Source: Eledone cirrhosa (Eukaryota). Taken from it: DNA of 64,000 bases. Positions 1 to 11,232 of the stretch are shown piece after piece (position 1 is the first letter of the stretch; every line of letters begins with the position of its first letter). A program made the position numbers and the translations under genes. A model generated the notes under the pieces. That model was not told the DNA's origin, ran no database searches, and saw nothing but the letters and a program-made list of their open reading frames with translations. The DNA lies in assembly GCA_964016885.1 (NCBI GenBank), contig OZ024741.1, positions 267,592,001 to 267,656,000 of the forward strand, in the 5' to 3' direction.

Positions 1-112
1 ATACATTGTTATCGGTGAAGGAAAGATAAGATTCTAACTGGCTGCGCTCAAAGTGTCCTTGACCCAGATGACTGGGTTTTTTTCATTTTTAGGATCTCAA
101 TTACCGGTTAAT

Positions 113-387
113 GTCTAGACACGCCTGCACACCTGCTCACAGCTGCGGTCAGACTATAGTTATGCAGTCTGCAAGCTCATTCAAATGCATTCACACTGGC
201 TGTCTCAAAGACATACAAATATGGCTTATAAAACTTACCAAACTAAAGAGTCTTCCAGCGGCCCCTAGCCCCCCCCCCAAGTTCCAAGCGCCCCCCTAAC
301 GCGACCTTGCTCCCAAACGCCACCCTGGAGTTCCGAAACGTCCCCCGGAGGTGCATATGCCCCCCGTTGAGAACCTTTGGTCTAGAG
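113..387. mobile_element. Possible hAT/Charlie-type non-autonomous element
   Basis: Right end GTTGAGAACCTTTG resembles a Charlie-type terminal repeat; GTCTAGA on both flanks (113-119, 380-386) matches the NTCTAGAN target preference; the left terminal repeat is a poor match. Confidence 0.35.
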
Positions 388-650
388 GTACCTCCCTAAC
401 TTTAAACCAAACCAAAGAGTACAGGGTCTTGTCCAGCTTGAGATTCCAGATCAGTTTGGAAAGGGCCGTATTTTTCCTTTTGTCGATCCTATTAAAGCAA
501 TGGCGGTGATTATTCATCTGTCCTTGAAGCTCATAGATGTTACTCCTATGTATATATGCTCCGAGTTGGGGATTGAAACCCTTCACCCTTCACCAGGTAT
601 TAATTTCTAAGGGGCATAATACGGAGTTTCTGCAGTTGCGTGAAGTGGTC
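388..650 (-). mobile_element. Penelope-like element remnant (GIY-YIG endonuclease C-terminal region)
   Basis: ORF 296..586 contains NHRHCFNRIDKRKNTALSKLIWNLK...YSLVW; a CR...CPL motif (RNCRNSVLCPLE) lies near 605-645 on the minus strand. Confidence 0.65.
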
Positions 651-1426
651 AGCACCTGTATTTTTACTGTGGGATGTCAAATTTATATATATATATGAAA
701 AGATTGAAGACCCCGACAGCTGAGATCTGGCAGTTTCTGCAGCTAGATCTGAACTAAAGTGCTAGTATTCAAGCAACGGGAATTTAACTGAATTCCTCAA
801 GGTGTATAATCCATGTATGGGCAGACAGTCAAAGCAAAAAATATCTTAAACGTTCTCTTGTTTTTTTTTGTTTTTTTTCTGCGTGAGTGGTTAGTGATTG
901 GGAGGGGGGGGTCTTTGTTCAAATGGCTGGTTTAGTCCTCCTAAATGTCTTGAATTATCTAGTTTTATTAAACTCATGGCAGCAAGGAAAGGGGCTAGGC
1001 AGGATAAAAAGCAAGAGGAAATGGGTAAGTAGACCCATTGACCTGAAGATGTTAAGCTAGTCAGTCATGCACACACGCTATTAAGAGAGAATTTTACCTT
1101 ATCAAATATTTCTAATCTGTAAAAATGGCATTGTACTTAACTACATTAGGTTCAAAAAGAAAAAACCAACGAGAGAAATTTTAATTTTGGGGCATTTAAG
1201 TCAAAGGGAATGGCATAGTGTATTTATGCGTTTGTTAATTTGCTTCTTATTTACGATTTGCTAAAAAGTTAAGCATTTATAATTTATTACTATTTTCCCT
1301 CCTCATAGAGAAATCTAGTTATCAATTGCTCTATGGCCTGGAAAAAGTGCCTTGTTCCCTAATCTACTTATTTCAAACACCAATAACTCTACCATTAATC
1401 TTAAAGATAGTTAAAGATAGAAGGGG

Positions 1427-1620
1427 GGATTGGCAGTATCGGTAGAGAGTCGGACGCCATGCTTTGACGCATAGTTACGGCCCTTGCCATTCTGAGTTCA
1501 AATCCCGCCGAGGTTAACTTTGCCTTTCATCCTTACGGGGTCGATAAAATAAAGTACCAGTAATGCACTGGGTAATTGGGTAAATGCACCAGTAATGCCC
1601 TGTGCCAAAAGTAGAAACAA
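1427..1620 (+). mobile_element. tRNA-derived SINE (octopus OR-like family)
   Basis: GGATTGGCAGTATCGGTAG (A-box-like)...GAGTTCAAATCCC (B-box)...CTTTGCCTTTCATCC...AAAGTAGAAAC; more than 10 copies in the window. Confidence 0.85.
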
Positions 1621-2627
1621 TTAATCTTAAAGATAGTTCTAGTTATTTCAGTTCTTGTGCTATCATAATATAGCTAAGAATCTATAGTATTATGGATTCC
1701 TGTTTTATATAAGAAATACCGCAAAGTGTAATTTTAAAAGGTATATCAAAGCCATCGTAATACCTTAGCAAAAGGAAGTAATAGAATTGAATGCTAGTTA
1801 ATAGCTTTCTTTAACATTCTAACGCTGGAGATTTTGATGGTGCTTACGTACTGGCCTAATATATGTGTATATAATAGTACACATTTACTCTATATACCAA
1901 ACCTGTCATTGCTGCAGTACAGGAATTGTGGCGGTTAAACTTGTGCCTCGTGCTTAAGCTGTGAGTAATAGGTCTGTGCATGTATCAGAGCTATCTAATC
2001 GGCTGGTCCTAAAAGTCAGTATGTAAATGTTTACAATAAAGATAATATTCTATTTCTACCTAAGGATGCTTTAGGAAAGGGACAATTGTGCTCTGGGCTT
2101 CCTCTATCTTAGTGTGTAAGTGGGAAGGATATTAAAACCAAGATCTACCCACCTGGATCATGAGGGGGTTTGAAGGTAAGATATGTTCTATATATTCTAT
2201 TTTTGCAAACTGCATCTGGATTATTTCCTCCGAGCATAAATTGCACGGACGACATCCTCCTGAGTAAGATTTTGCCTTGGAATGTAGGCTCCATTTTAGA
2301 TGATAGGTAATGTTGTTATTCTGTCACACCTGACATAGGTTACACAGTCTGGTTTATATGACTGACACCAGGCCTGTAGCTGCATCAGTACTCGCACAAC
2401 TCTAGCTACTAGCAGAGAAACAACATCAGACACAAATATACCAAATACAGGTGTCTTTCAACAAACTGGGGCAATTGTTACTAAAGTCCACTGGAAGAAA
2501 ATCTAAAGTGGAAAAAGTGAAGAGAATCTTTCAAATACAAAACAGGAAAGTAAGAAGAATACAATATGTGCACAGAGGAATAAAATGGAAATCTAGAAAA
2601 AAGAGCTATATTTAAGGTCTTACAACC

Positions 2628-4058
2628 AATCATCATCATCATCATCATCATCATTTTACGTCCGCTTTTCCCTGCTTGCAAGGGTGGGACGGGTCTTATT
2701 CAGCACAGCATCTCTCCACTCGTCACGGTCCCTCGTCATCTCCACCGTGAGCTTCAATGATCTGAGGTCTGTTCTCACCACCTCCGCCCATGTTTTTCGT
2801 GGTCTACCTCTACCACGTCTTCCTTCAACTGGCATTTCCTGGCACTTCTTCACCCATCGGTCATCCTCCATGCGCATCACATGTCCATACCACCTCAGTC
2901 TCCTCTCCCGTACACTACATTCTATCCCTCTCAGACACAGTTTCTCTCTCAACACATTTATGCTGGGTCGTTCACGCACATTTACACTGCACATCCAACG
3001 GAGCATGCTTGCCTCATTTCTCTCCAGCCGTCGCATATCTTCTGCGGTAGCTGCCCATGTCTCACTACCATGCAGCATCGCGCTCCTCACACAGGCATCA
3101 TACAACCGGCCTTTCGTACGCAGGGAGAAACCCTTCTTCGTCAACAGAGGAAGCAGCTCCCTAAACTTCTTCCAACCCGTCCTTATTCTAGATACTATGG
3201 CCTCGGAACACCCTCCTCCCATGCTAATCTGATCTCCTAGGTACCGGAAGCTATCCACCATTTCTATAGCGCCCTCTCGCATTTGAAAAAATGTGTCTAT
3301 CAGTGCGACTTCTACTGTCTAATTTCCCTGTACATCTACTGCATACATATTTCTCCCTACCTGTTAGTTTGCCTGCTATCCCGCTACATCTCTTGTGTAC
3401 CCAGGACCTACATTGTGTGCATTTTATAGAATTTATGCCAGTTCCTTTTCTGCATATCGAACATGGCCATTTCCCTGACGGAATCAGGGTTTTGTCCTCT
3501 TTTCTACTCATCAACACTTTTGTCTTAGCTAGATTTACTCTCAGTCCTCTTGCTTCCAACTGCTGTTTCCATAGCCGGAATTTATTCTCTAGCTCCTCTA
3601 CTGATTCTGCCATAAGAGCCAGATCGTCAGCATAGAGAAGTTCCCATGGACAGCCAGTCTTAAACTCCTCTGTTATGGCTTGGAGGACTATAATGAACAA
3701 GAGCGGGCTGAGGACCGAACCCTGATGTACTCCTACTTGTATCTGGAATTCCTCACTAAACTCCATTCCTACCCTGACTTTACTGAGAGTACCTCTGTAC
3801 AAAGTTTGCACTGTCCTTACAAGCCATTCCTCAACACCCAGCTTCCTTAGGGACCACCAGATGACAGATCGGGGTACCCTATCAAAGGCCTTCTCTAGGT
3901 CAACAAAGGCTAAGTATAGTGGCTTATTCTTCTCTAAGAACCTCTCTTGCATTTGTCTCACCAAGAAGAGGGCATCTGTTGTACTCTTCCCAGGCACAAA
4001 ACCAAACTGCATCTCATCTAGTTTGACCCTTTCTCTAATTAGTTGTGCTAAAATCCTC
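2628..4058 (-). mobile_element. RTE-clade LINE (family A), 5'-truncated, frameshifted
   Basis: ORFs 3251..4060 (QFGF, AFVDLEKAFD, QGSVLSP, YADD) and 2656..3282 (YLG, HGSETW, GRPRKTW); (GAT)n tail at 2628-2652. Confidence 0.95.
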
Positions 4059-4261
4059 AAATGGAAATATTGAAGAGATGAGTTCAGTGAGTTTTATGCT
4101 AAGGTAGTGTGTGAAGGGATGGGACAAAATGGCATTCTGGGTAAACAGGGAGTGAAAGGAAGAGAGAAATAAGATGGAAGGCAAAAATTGGGAGAAGGGA
4201 AGAAAGGAGTATTTACAGGTTGAAAAGGAGAGAAAACATTTTATATACCAAAATCTGCCTG

Positions 4262-4655
4262 TATTGGCAGTAACGGTAGAGGGTCGGACGCCATGCTTTC
4301 CAGCATAGTTACGTCCCTTTACGATCTGAGTTCAAATCCCGCCGAGGTTGACTTTGCCTTTCATCCTTACGGGGTTGATAAAATAAAGTACCAGTAATGC
4401 ACTGGGTAATTGCTGGCCTTGTGCCTAACGTAGAAACAATTATATGTATCATCATAGGCGGTGGATTGGCAGTATCGGTAGAGGGTCGGATGCCATGCTT
4501 TGACGCATAGAGTTACGGCCCTTGCCATTCTGAGTTCAAATCCCGCCGAGGTTAACTTTGCCTTCATCCTTACGGGGTCCATAAAATAAAGTACCAGTAA
4601 TACACTGGGTTATTGCTGGCCTTGTGCCTAACATAGAAACAATTATATGTATCAT
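4262..4655 (+). mobile_element. Tandem dimer of the OR-like SINE
   Basis: Two head-to-tail copies, each ending AGAAACAATTATATGTATCATCAT. Confidence 0.85.
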
Positions 4656-6150
4656 CATCATTGTTTAATGGCTATCTTCAACGCTAGCATGGCTTAGACA
4701 GAAATTGTCCCACTTCAGGCAAGATTGATCAGGTGACCGTGACTCACTCGTATAGGACTGTATCTGGCAAGTGTTCTATAGCTGGATGCCCTTCCTAACA
4801 TCAACCACATTTACAGTGTGGACTGGGAGCCTTTTTACCGTGTTTCCTACACAACCACTTTACAGCATGGACTGTGTGTTTTTTTGTCGTGACGCCTACA
4901 CAATCTCTTTAGTTTGGACTGGATGTTGTGGTACCAACATAACTTTACATTGAAAGGGTGGTGTGGGTGGGAGTGGGAGGATGGAGTAAGGGTAGTGGGT
5001 TGGGTGTATATTTGGTTAAGAGGTGCCTACTGACTGTAGGTTAACTTTGCACGTAGGGAAGGCAGGTCTTCTGTATTACTGTATGGTGCCAAAGATCTCG
5101 ATCCAGTGACATTGTCTTAGAGGGGTGTGCAAGGTCGGATTTTATCATGGCATCCCAGGTTTTTCTGGGTCTACCTACTCCGTAACTTCCATCAATTTTG
5201 ATCTCCCTGCACTTTTTTTCATACAGCTGTCATCTTTCATGTACATCACATGACCAAACCAACTTAATCTTCTCTCAAGTAAACAGCATCTGATCCCTCT
5301 TATTACTAATTTCTCACTTAGTTCGTTTATATTTTGCCGTTCGTGTATATTACTATTACACATCCAATGGAGTATTCATGCTTCGTTCCTTTCCAATCTG
5401 TGCAGGCCCTCTACGCACAATGCCCAGGTCTCACTGCCATGAAACATTGCTGTTCATATACAAGCATCATACAATCTGCCTTTCATTTTTAGAGAGAAAC
5501 CTTTTGTGGCCAACAGCAGTATTAGCTCTCTGAACTTTTTCCATCCCGTTCTAACTCTGACTACTGTACTTTCAGCCCCCTTCTGTTTATTATTGCCCTT
5601 CAGGCTATAACAGAGGATTTTAAGACTGGCTGCCCATGGGAACTTCTATATTCAGATGATCTAACTCTCATAGCTGAATCTATGACAGAACTAGAGAAAA
5701 AATTCCAAACATGGAAGCATGGCCTAGAATCAAAAGGCCTTAAAGTTAACTTGTCTAAGACTAAAGTTCTAGTATGTAGAAAGGAAAATAGGGCACAGGT
5801 GCCCTCAGGGAAATGACCATGCTCAGTGTGTAGGAAAGGAGTAGGTAGAAATTCCATTCTATGCCCCAAATGCAAACTATGGGTACATAAAAGATGTAGT
5901 GAGATCACGGGCAGGCTATCTAAGAATGTAGATTTTATATGTGGCTGATGCTCAGGTGCAGTAAGTAGCAAGTGCCCACAGCTCCTTCTACTGCCCAGAT
6001 GGTTCTATAGAAATAGTGGACATTTTCCGTTACCTGGATGACAAAATCAGCAATGGTGGAGGGTGCTCTGAAAATACAGTAGCCAGAGTTAGAACGGGAT
6101 GGAAAAAGTTCAGAGAGCTAATACAGTTGTTGGCCACAAAAGGTTTCTCA
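4650..6150. mobile_element. Degraded RTE LINE with an inverted 5' segment
   Basis: Minus-strand 3' part at 4650-5575 (RLSWFGHV, tail at left) and plus-strand RT part at 5585-6150 (GCPWELLYSDD, GWKKFREL). Confidence 0.8.
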
Positions 6151-7353
6151 ATAAAATATATACGTATATATATTTCACGCTGCATCACCCAACACAAGCT
6201 ATCTCTTAGTGGTAGCAGTGTCTTTCATTACAAATATTGTAACAAAATGGTTCAAGAATTTTCAAAGCTTTTTTTACAGTTATTATATTTTATTAGTCCT
6301 CAAAAGTTGTTACAATAAAACAAATATTAAAGTTTTTTTTATTTTAGATACTTGAAAATAGAACTCTTAATTAATCATCATCATAATCATCATTAAAAAG
6401 CAGCAGCAGACATCCACAATCTTACTCCATCCATAATTAGTTATGGTCCCATGATTAGGTGATTAGTTCTGGTCATTGTTTCAATTGGAGTAGCAGATGA
6501 CCAGTCCTCCTCTACCCAATGCAGCTTGTCTGGCTATTGCTGGAATTTAAATCCAGAAGGTAAAGGGATGGAACAAATACCACAAGGCATCTCGTTCAAT
6601 GCTCTGACAATTCTATCATTCCACCATTATCGATGAGTACTTTATTTTATCAATTCCAAAAGCATGAGATTTGACTATAGCAGAATTTAAACTAAAATTG
6701 CAGGGAACAAAAATAAATGCTACAAATGACTCTGGTAGGTTAATAATATTATAATTATTTGAACATGATAGACAATGTCTTTCATGGTTACAAAATGGTC
6801 AAAGTAATATATATATTTAAAACACACCCAATTTAATAATGAGAAAGTTAGTTATATTTCTAAATACCTTCAAATTCTTGATTATCATAGTCAGTGTCTT
6901 TTATTAAAGATATGGTAATAAAAGAGTTAAAAGAGATTGATTTTGGCAGATTGGTATTGAAAGGGTTGATTATAAATCATTAAAAAAGAAGACATTTATA
7001 TATATATATGTCTTGTTATATTATAAAATATGAAGATATGAAATTATCCAGCTTATGTAGATACTATACAATGTGGGTTATAATTAGCTTATTGTCTATG
7101 TATATATATATATGTTACTGCTCCTAATGAAAATTCTTAAATTTTATATTAGTAGAGCTGACTTTAGGTTCTAATAGTGACTATCTCTAGCACTTTGGTT
7201 AACCTATATATTTGTCAGACAATATGATTAATAATGTTATGTGTTAATCAATATTTTAATATATATATGTATATATCGTCTGGATGTGAATTGAAATGCC
7301 AAAAAATTAGCCCTCAATACCTAAATACATGCTTATATATATGTGTGTGTGTA

Positions 7354-7517
7354 TTAACCCTTGACAAATATTTGATATCCTTCTTCACTGTTGACTATCC
7401 TTTCGCATTCCATCATCATATCATAAGTCATTCTCTCAGTGACAATAGAATCATGTTTATAATCTTCATGATTTCTAACAAACTGCCTTGTCCATTGGGC
7501 CATTGTCATTATATTGC
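7354..7517 (-). CDS. GCLC: GCLC-like terminal coding exon: GNIMTMAQWTRQFVRNHEDYKHDSIVTERMTYDMMMECERIVNSEEGYQIFVKG*
   Basis: Manual translation; matches GELMTVARWMREFIANHPDYKQDSVITDEMNYSL; tag acceptor; TAA stop at 7356-7354. Confidence 0.93.
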
Positions 7518-8320
7518 CTATAAAAAAGACAGATTATAGTATTGTATTATTTAACAAAGAAGTAGAGATTATATTAAACATTGTGAAATATGTGGTTAGG
7601 AATGTTTTGAGAAAACTAATACAATGTAAGTTAGAAATAGAGGAGTGAAAACTAGAGAAAAGTACTATCATAACAGGGTTTACTTCCACAGTATGTTAAA
7701 CATGTAAATATGCCCAGCCCATTCAAGCATGAATCAGACATAAAACCATAAATCAGACATAAAACCATAATGATGATGACTGATTTATGTTTACAAGAAG
7801 CAATTTTAGGACATTTTTTCTGCTAAATCAGTGGATAGCCTTATGGGACCCTGAACAAGCTTCATGCTAATAATGAAGACCTTTTTGAAGCAATGATTTA
7901 CACCATATGCCGTTCCTAGTTTTAGTTTCTTTTACAACATGCTAGGATACAGTGTACCTATTCTAAACCAGATACACATAGCACTGATAGAGCAATTTAA
8001 TTATTTTGTTTTAAGCATACATGCTAATATAACATGTATTTGATAGGTTTATATACCTATTCGTTCTTAGCATGATTTTGGAAAGTCCTCTCCAAGGCTG
8101 AATCCTGAGAAAAGTATCTTGCAGAAGATCAACAGTCTCCCCTCTCTGCATCACTAATGTTGTTCAAGGGAATGGCAAGGACTGATACAACTTAGTACCA
8201 GTGTCATTTTAGGGGAAACTGGAGCACAGAGCGCCAATAGATATAACACAATACACCACGTCTGACCTGAATACATACAAACATTTGTAAATATTTATGA
8301 AGTCAACTGACTTAACTTAC

Positions 8321-8444
8321 CTGAAGCTCTGTCTGATACAAACTGTAGGTATTTCATAATTTGAGGTCTGGAGCTAGCATCGTAGTTAATTATGTCCAGG
8401 TATTTGTATATGAATGGAAGTAAACCAGGGAACTCTCCCCCTTC
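8321..8444 (-). CDS. GCLC: GCLC-like exon: EGGEFPGLLPFIYKYLDIINYDASSRPQIMKYLQFVSDRAS
   Basis: Manual translation; matches EGVFPGLIPILNSYL...TRCSILNYLKLIKKRASG; cag/gtaagt boundaries. Confidence 0.93.
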
Positions 8445-8558
8445 CTGTTGACAATAGAATCAAATAGTTGAAAGTAGTTTGAGTTTTCTGTCTGGTACAT
8501 TAGATATTTTTTCATATATAGACTTACTGATTGCAGGGTGTGTGTGTATGTGTGTATG

Positions 8559-8562
<4 letters not shown>

Positions 8563-8625
<63 letters not shown>
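8563..8625. repeat. (TA)n microsatellite
   Basis: Directly visible. Confidence 0.95.
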
Positions 8626-8628
<3 letters not shown>

Positions 8629-8980
8629 TATTTTGTATATCTAACAATATACAGTATGTTTATGAATAAACATTTTGAAAGTCTTCAGCTATGAATTTGG
8701 AAAGTGATGACATAACACCATCTAGCTGATTCCAGCAGAAGCAAAGGGTGGGTAACTGTTGATGACGAACATTGTTCCGACGAACATTGTTCCTGACTTG
8801 TTATCAAGACAGTGCTCCTTTACCTGCTCTCTGCTGGAACTGAATATGTTCATCGACAGTTACCCACCCTTTGTTTTTGCTGGAATCTGCTAGATGGCGC
8901 TATGTCATCAGTTTCCAAATTCATAGCTGATGGCTTTCAAAATGTTTATTCATAAAGATACTAGATATGCAAAATACTCA
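8625..8980. mobile_element. Palindromic MITE/fold-back element, ~150-bp arms
   Basis: GAGTATTTTG...AAGGGTGGGTAACTGT is mirrored by ACAGTTACCCACCCTT...CAAAATACTC. Confidence 0.85.
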
Positions 8981-9673
8981 AATGTATCAGCTATGTTAGA
9001 GCAAAATATATGTGTATATATATATACTAGTGTGTAACTTGTTTCACAGGCAAGAATAAGTAATATTCACCAAAGTTTAACAAACATATATTTGTGAAGT
9101 GTATATATGGCTCTGGTTTTATGAAACAAAACCACCTTTAGTTCAATCGACTGAAAATGAGTATCAGTGAAGCTGGGAGTTAGCATTGTGAGAGACTGGA
9201 AACCCACCAAAAGAGGGGTTGAGTCATGTGCTTTCAGTTACTCAATGCCACATGAAACTGAGATAAGCTGCAGCCTTTGTTCAACCCATGGAAGCATGGA
9301 AGAATAGACATAAAAAAACAATGAATAATTTTAGAATTTAGAATCGTCATCCTTGTTTTACATCTGTTTATCATACTGACATGGGTTGGACAGGTCATCA
9401 CATTTTGTGACTAGACTGGTCTGCTGACTATGTCTTGCTCATATACAACAGTTTGACATGGCTTCGATAGCTGGATGTCCTTCCTAATGCCAAACACATT
9501 ACATAGTATACTGAGTGTATTTTTATTGAGACACCAGCACTTTTACTTTACAGTGTATACTGGGTGCATTTTATCATGGCATCAGCACTACGACTTTACA
9601 GAGTGTACTGGTGTGTTTTATATGGTATTACCACTTTACAGAGTGTACTGGTGTATTTCTATATATTTCTTAC

Positions 9674-9741
9674 CTTGCCATTAATGATTTCATTTAGAGT
9701 CATCAGTGTGTGGATGTCATCAGTTGGTTCACAATCAGATT
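9674..9741 (-). CDS. GCLC: GCLC-like exon: ESDCEPTDDIHTLMTLNEIINGK
   Basis: Manual translation; matches EYTLMSIDTIINGK; tag/gtaaga boundaries; phase 1/0. Confidence 0.9.
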
Positions 9742-9809
9742 CTAATTGATAACAGAAAAAAAAAGCAATTATAAGTTTAGCACATCATCAATATCATTAT
9801 TTAAGGTCT

Positions 9810-9906
9810 TCGAGGTTAACTTTGCCTTTCATCCTTACGGGGTCGATAAAATAAAGTACCAGTAATGTACTGGGTAATTGCTGGCCTTGTGCCAAAAGTA
9901 GAAACA
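9810..9906 (+). mobile_element. 5'-truncated OR-like SINE with a 14-bp target-site duplication
   Basis: ATTATTTAAGGTCT occurs on both sides. Confidence 0.85.
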
Positions 9907-10566
9907 ATTATTTAAGGTCTGTTCTCCCTGCTATCAAGGGTTGGACAATTTATCACAGACCAAGTTAGTACTTAAATGGAGCTACTGACCTCTCAGACAA
10001 GCTGGGGACTGCATCTCTGCATGTTGTAATAGGTGGCTAAAAAGGATTGGTGCCAGGAAGGGCATCTGGCTATAAAATATTGCCTCAAGAAGGAAATTGT
10101 GAGGAAGCCTGACAAATACACACACTCACAGCTGTGTGTGTGACTGTGTTTGTTTAAGCCCCATACAAACACAGATCTATAAAATAAGTATTGGGGTTGA
10201 TATGGTTGACTAAAAGGCAGAGCCCGAGTTAAATGACTTAAGCCAGTAAAAGAAATAGAGAATGGCTAAAAAATGGTTATTCTAGAATATTTGGAATTAA
10301 GGTATAAAATGCTGGGTATATTAATTTCATGTGATAGCCTTATCATCTTAATATCTTATAAGAGTGTTTTATCAATATTTAAATTAATGAAATCTAGCAT
10401 TAGTAGAAGGTCACACATCAGGCCTTCCAGTGCTATGGGGCTTTGGGGGCTTAAGCCCCTCCAATAATTTGTTTCTATTAACTCTAAATATGTTAGTATA
10501 ATCATGTTTTTAATTTCTTTCTTAGTCTCGTATTGGTGATTAAAATGTGTGAGCTGATAATAATAA

Positions 10567-10780
10567 TTGTTTCTACTTTAGGCACAAGGTCAACAATTTG
10601 AAGGGGAGGGGAAAGTCGATTAAATCAACCCCAGTGCATTACTGGTGCTTTATTTTGACCCCGTGAGGATGAAAGGCAAAGCTAATCTCGGTAGGATTTG
10701 AACTCAGAACGTAAAGGGCCATAACTCTATGCTGCAAAGCATGATGTTTGACACTCTACCGATTCTGCCAATCCACTGCC
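10567..10780 (-). mobile_element. OR-like SINE
   Basis: Reverse complement of the family consensus (GATTTGAACTCAG, GGATGAAAGGCAAAG). Confidence 0.85.
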
Positions 10781-11232
10781 CATATATCTAAAATATAATC
10801 AAGGGAGGAGTGTGTGACAGTGGCCAGAATATATTTATCCTGTTTGTAAAATAAGTTGGATTACTTTGAATAAATAATGAATGAATATTACATAATTTAT
10901 CTACAAAATTTCGTTATTCTTGATTAAATATAAATAATTTTGTTGTTTATTTTAAGATTCACTTCTTTAAAATTTTCAAATGTCAACACTTCCGGTTAGC
11001 GATCGCTTAAATAAACAGTCATATATTTCCGTCAATGGATTACGTTACTGATTACATAAGACAGTGTAATGCAGTCTTCATTCAATTTCTGTGTATATTG
11101 TCAATTACAATTTTATTTGATGTATCATATCTACATGTATATATACTTGCGTATAATATCAATACACACACTACACATGCTAGCAGAAAACCACTTTTTT
11201 CTGCTAGTTATAATAACGATACACATGTATAG

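Noticed and set aside
1427-1620. tRNA gene
   Set aside because: It has A/B-box-like motifs but no complete cloverleaf and a long multi-copy 3' body, so it is a SINE
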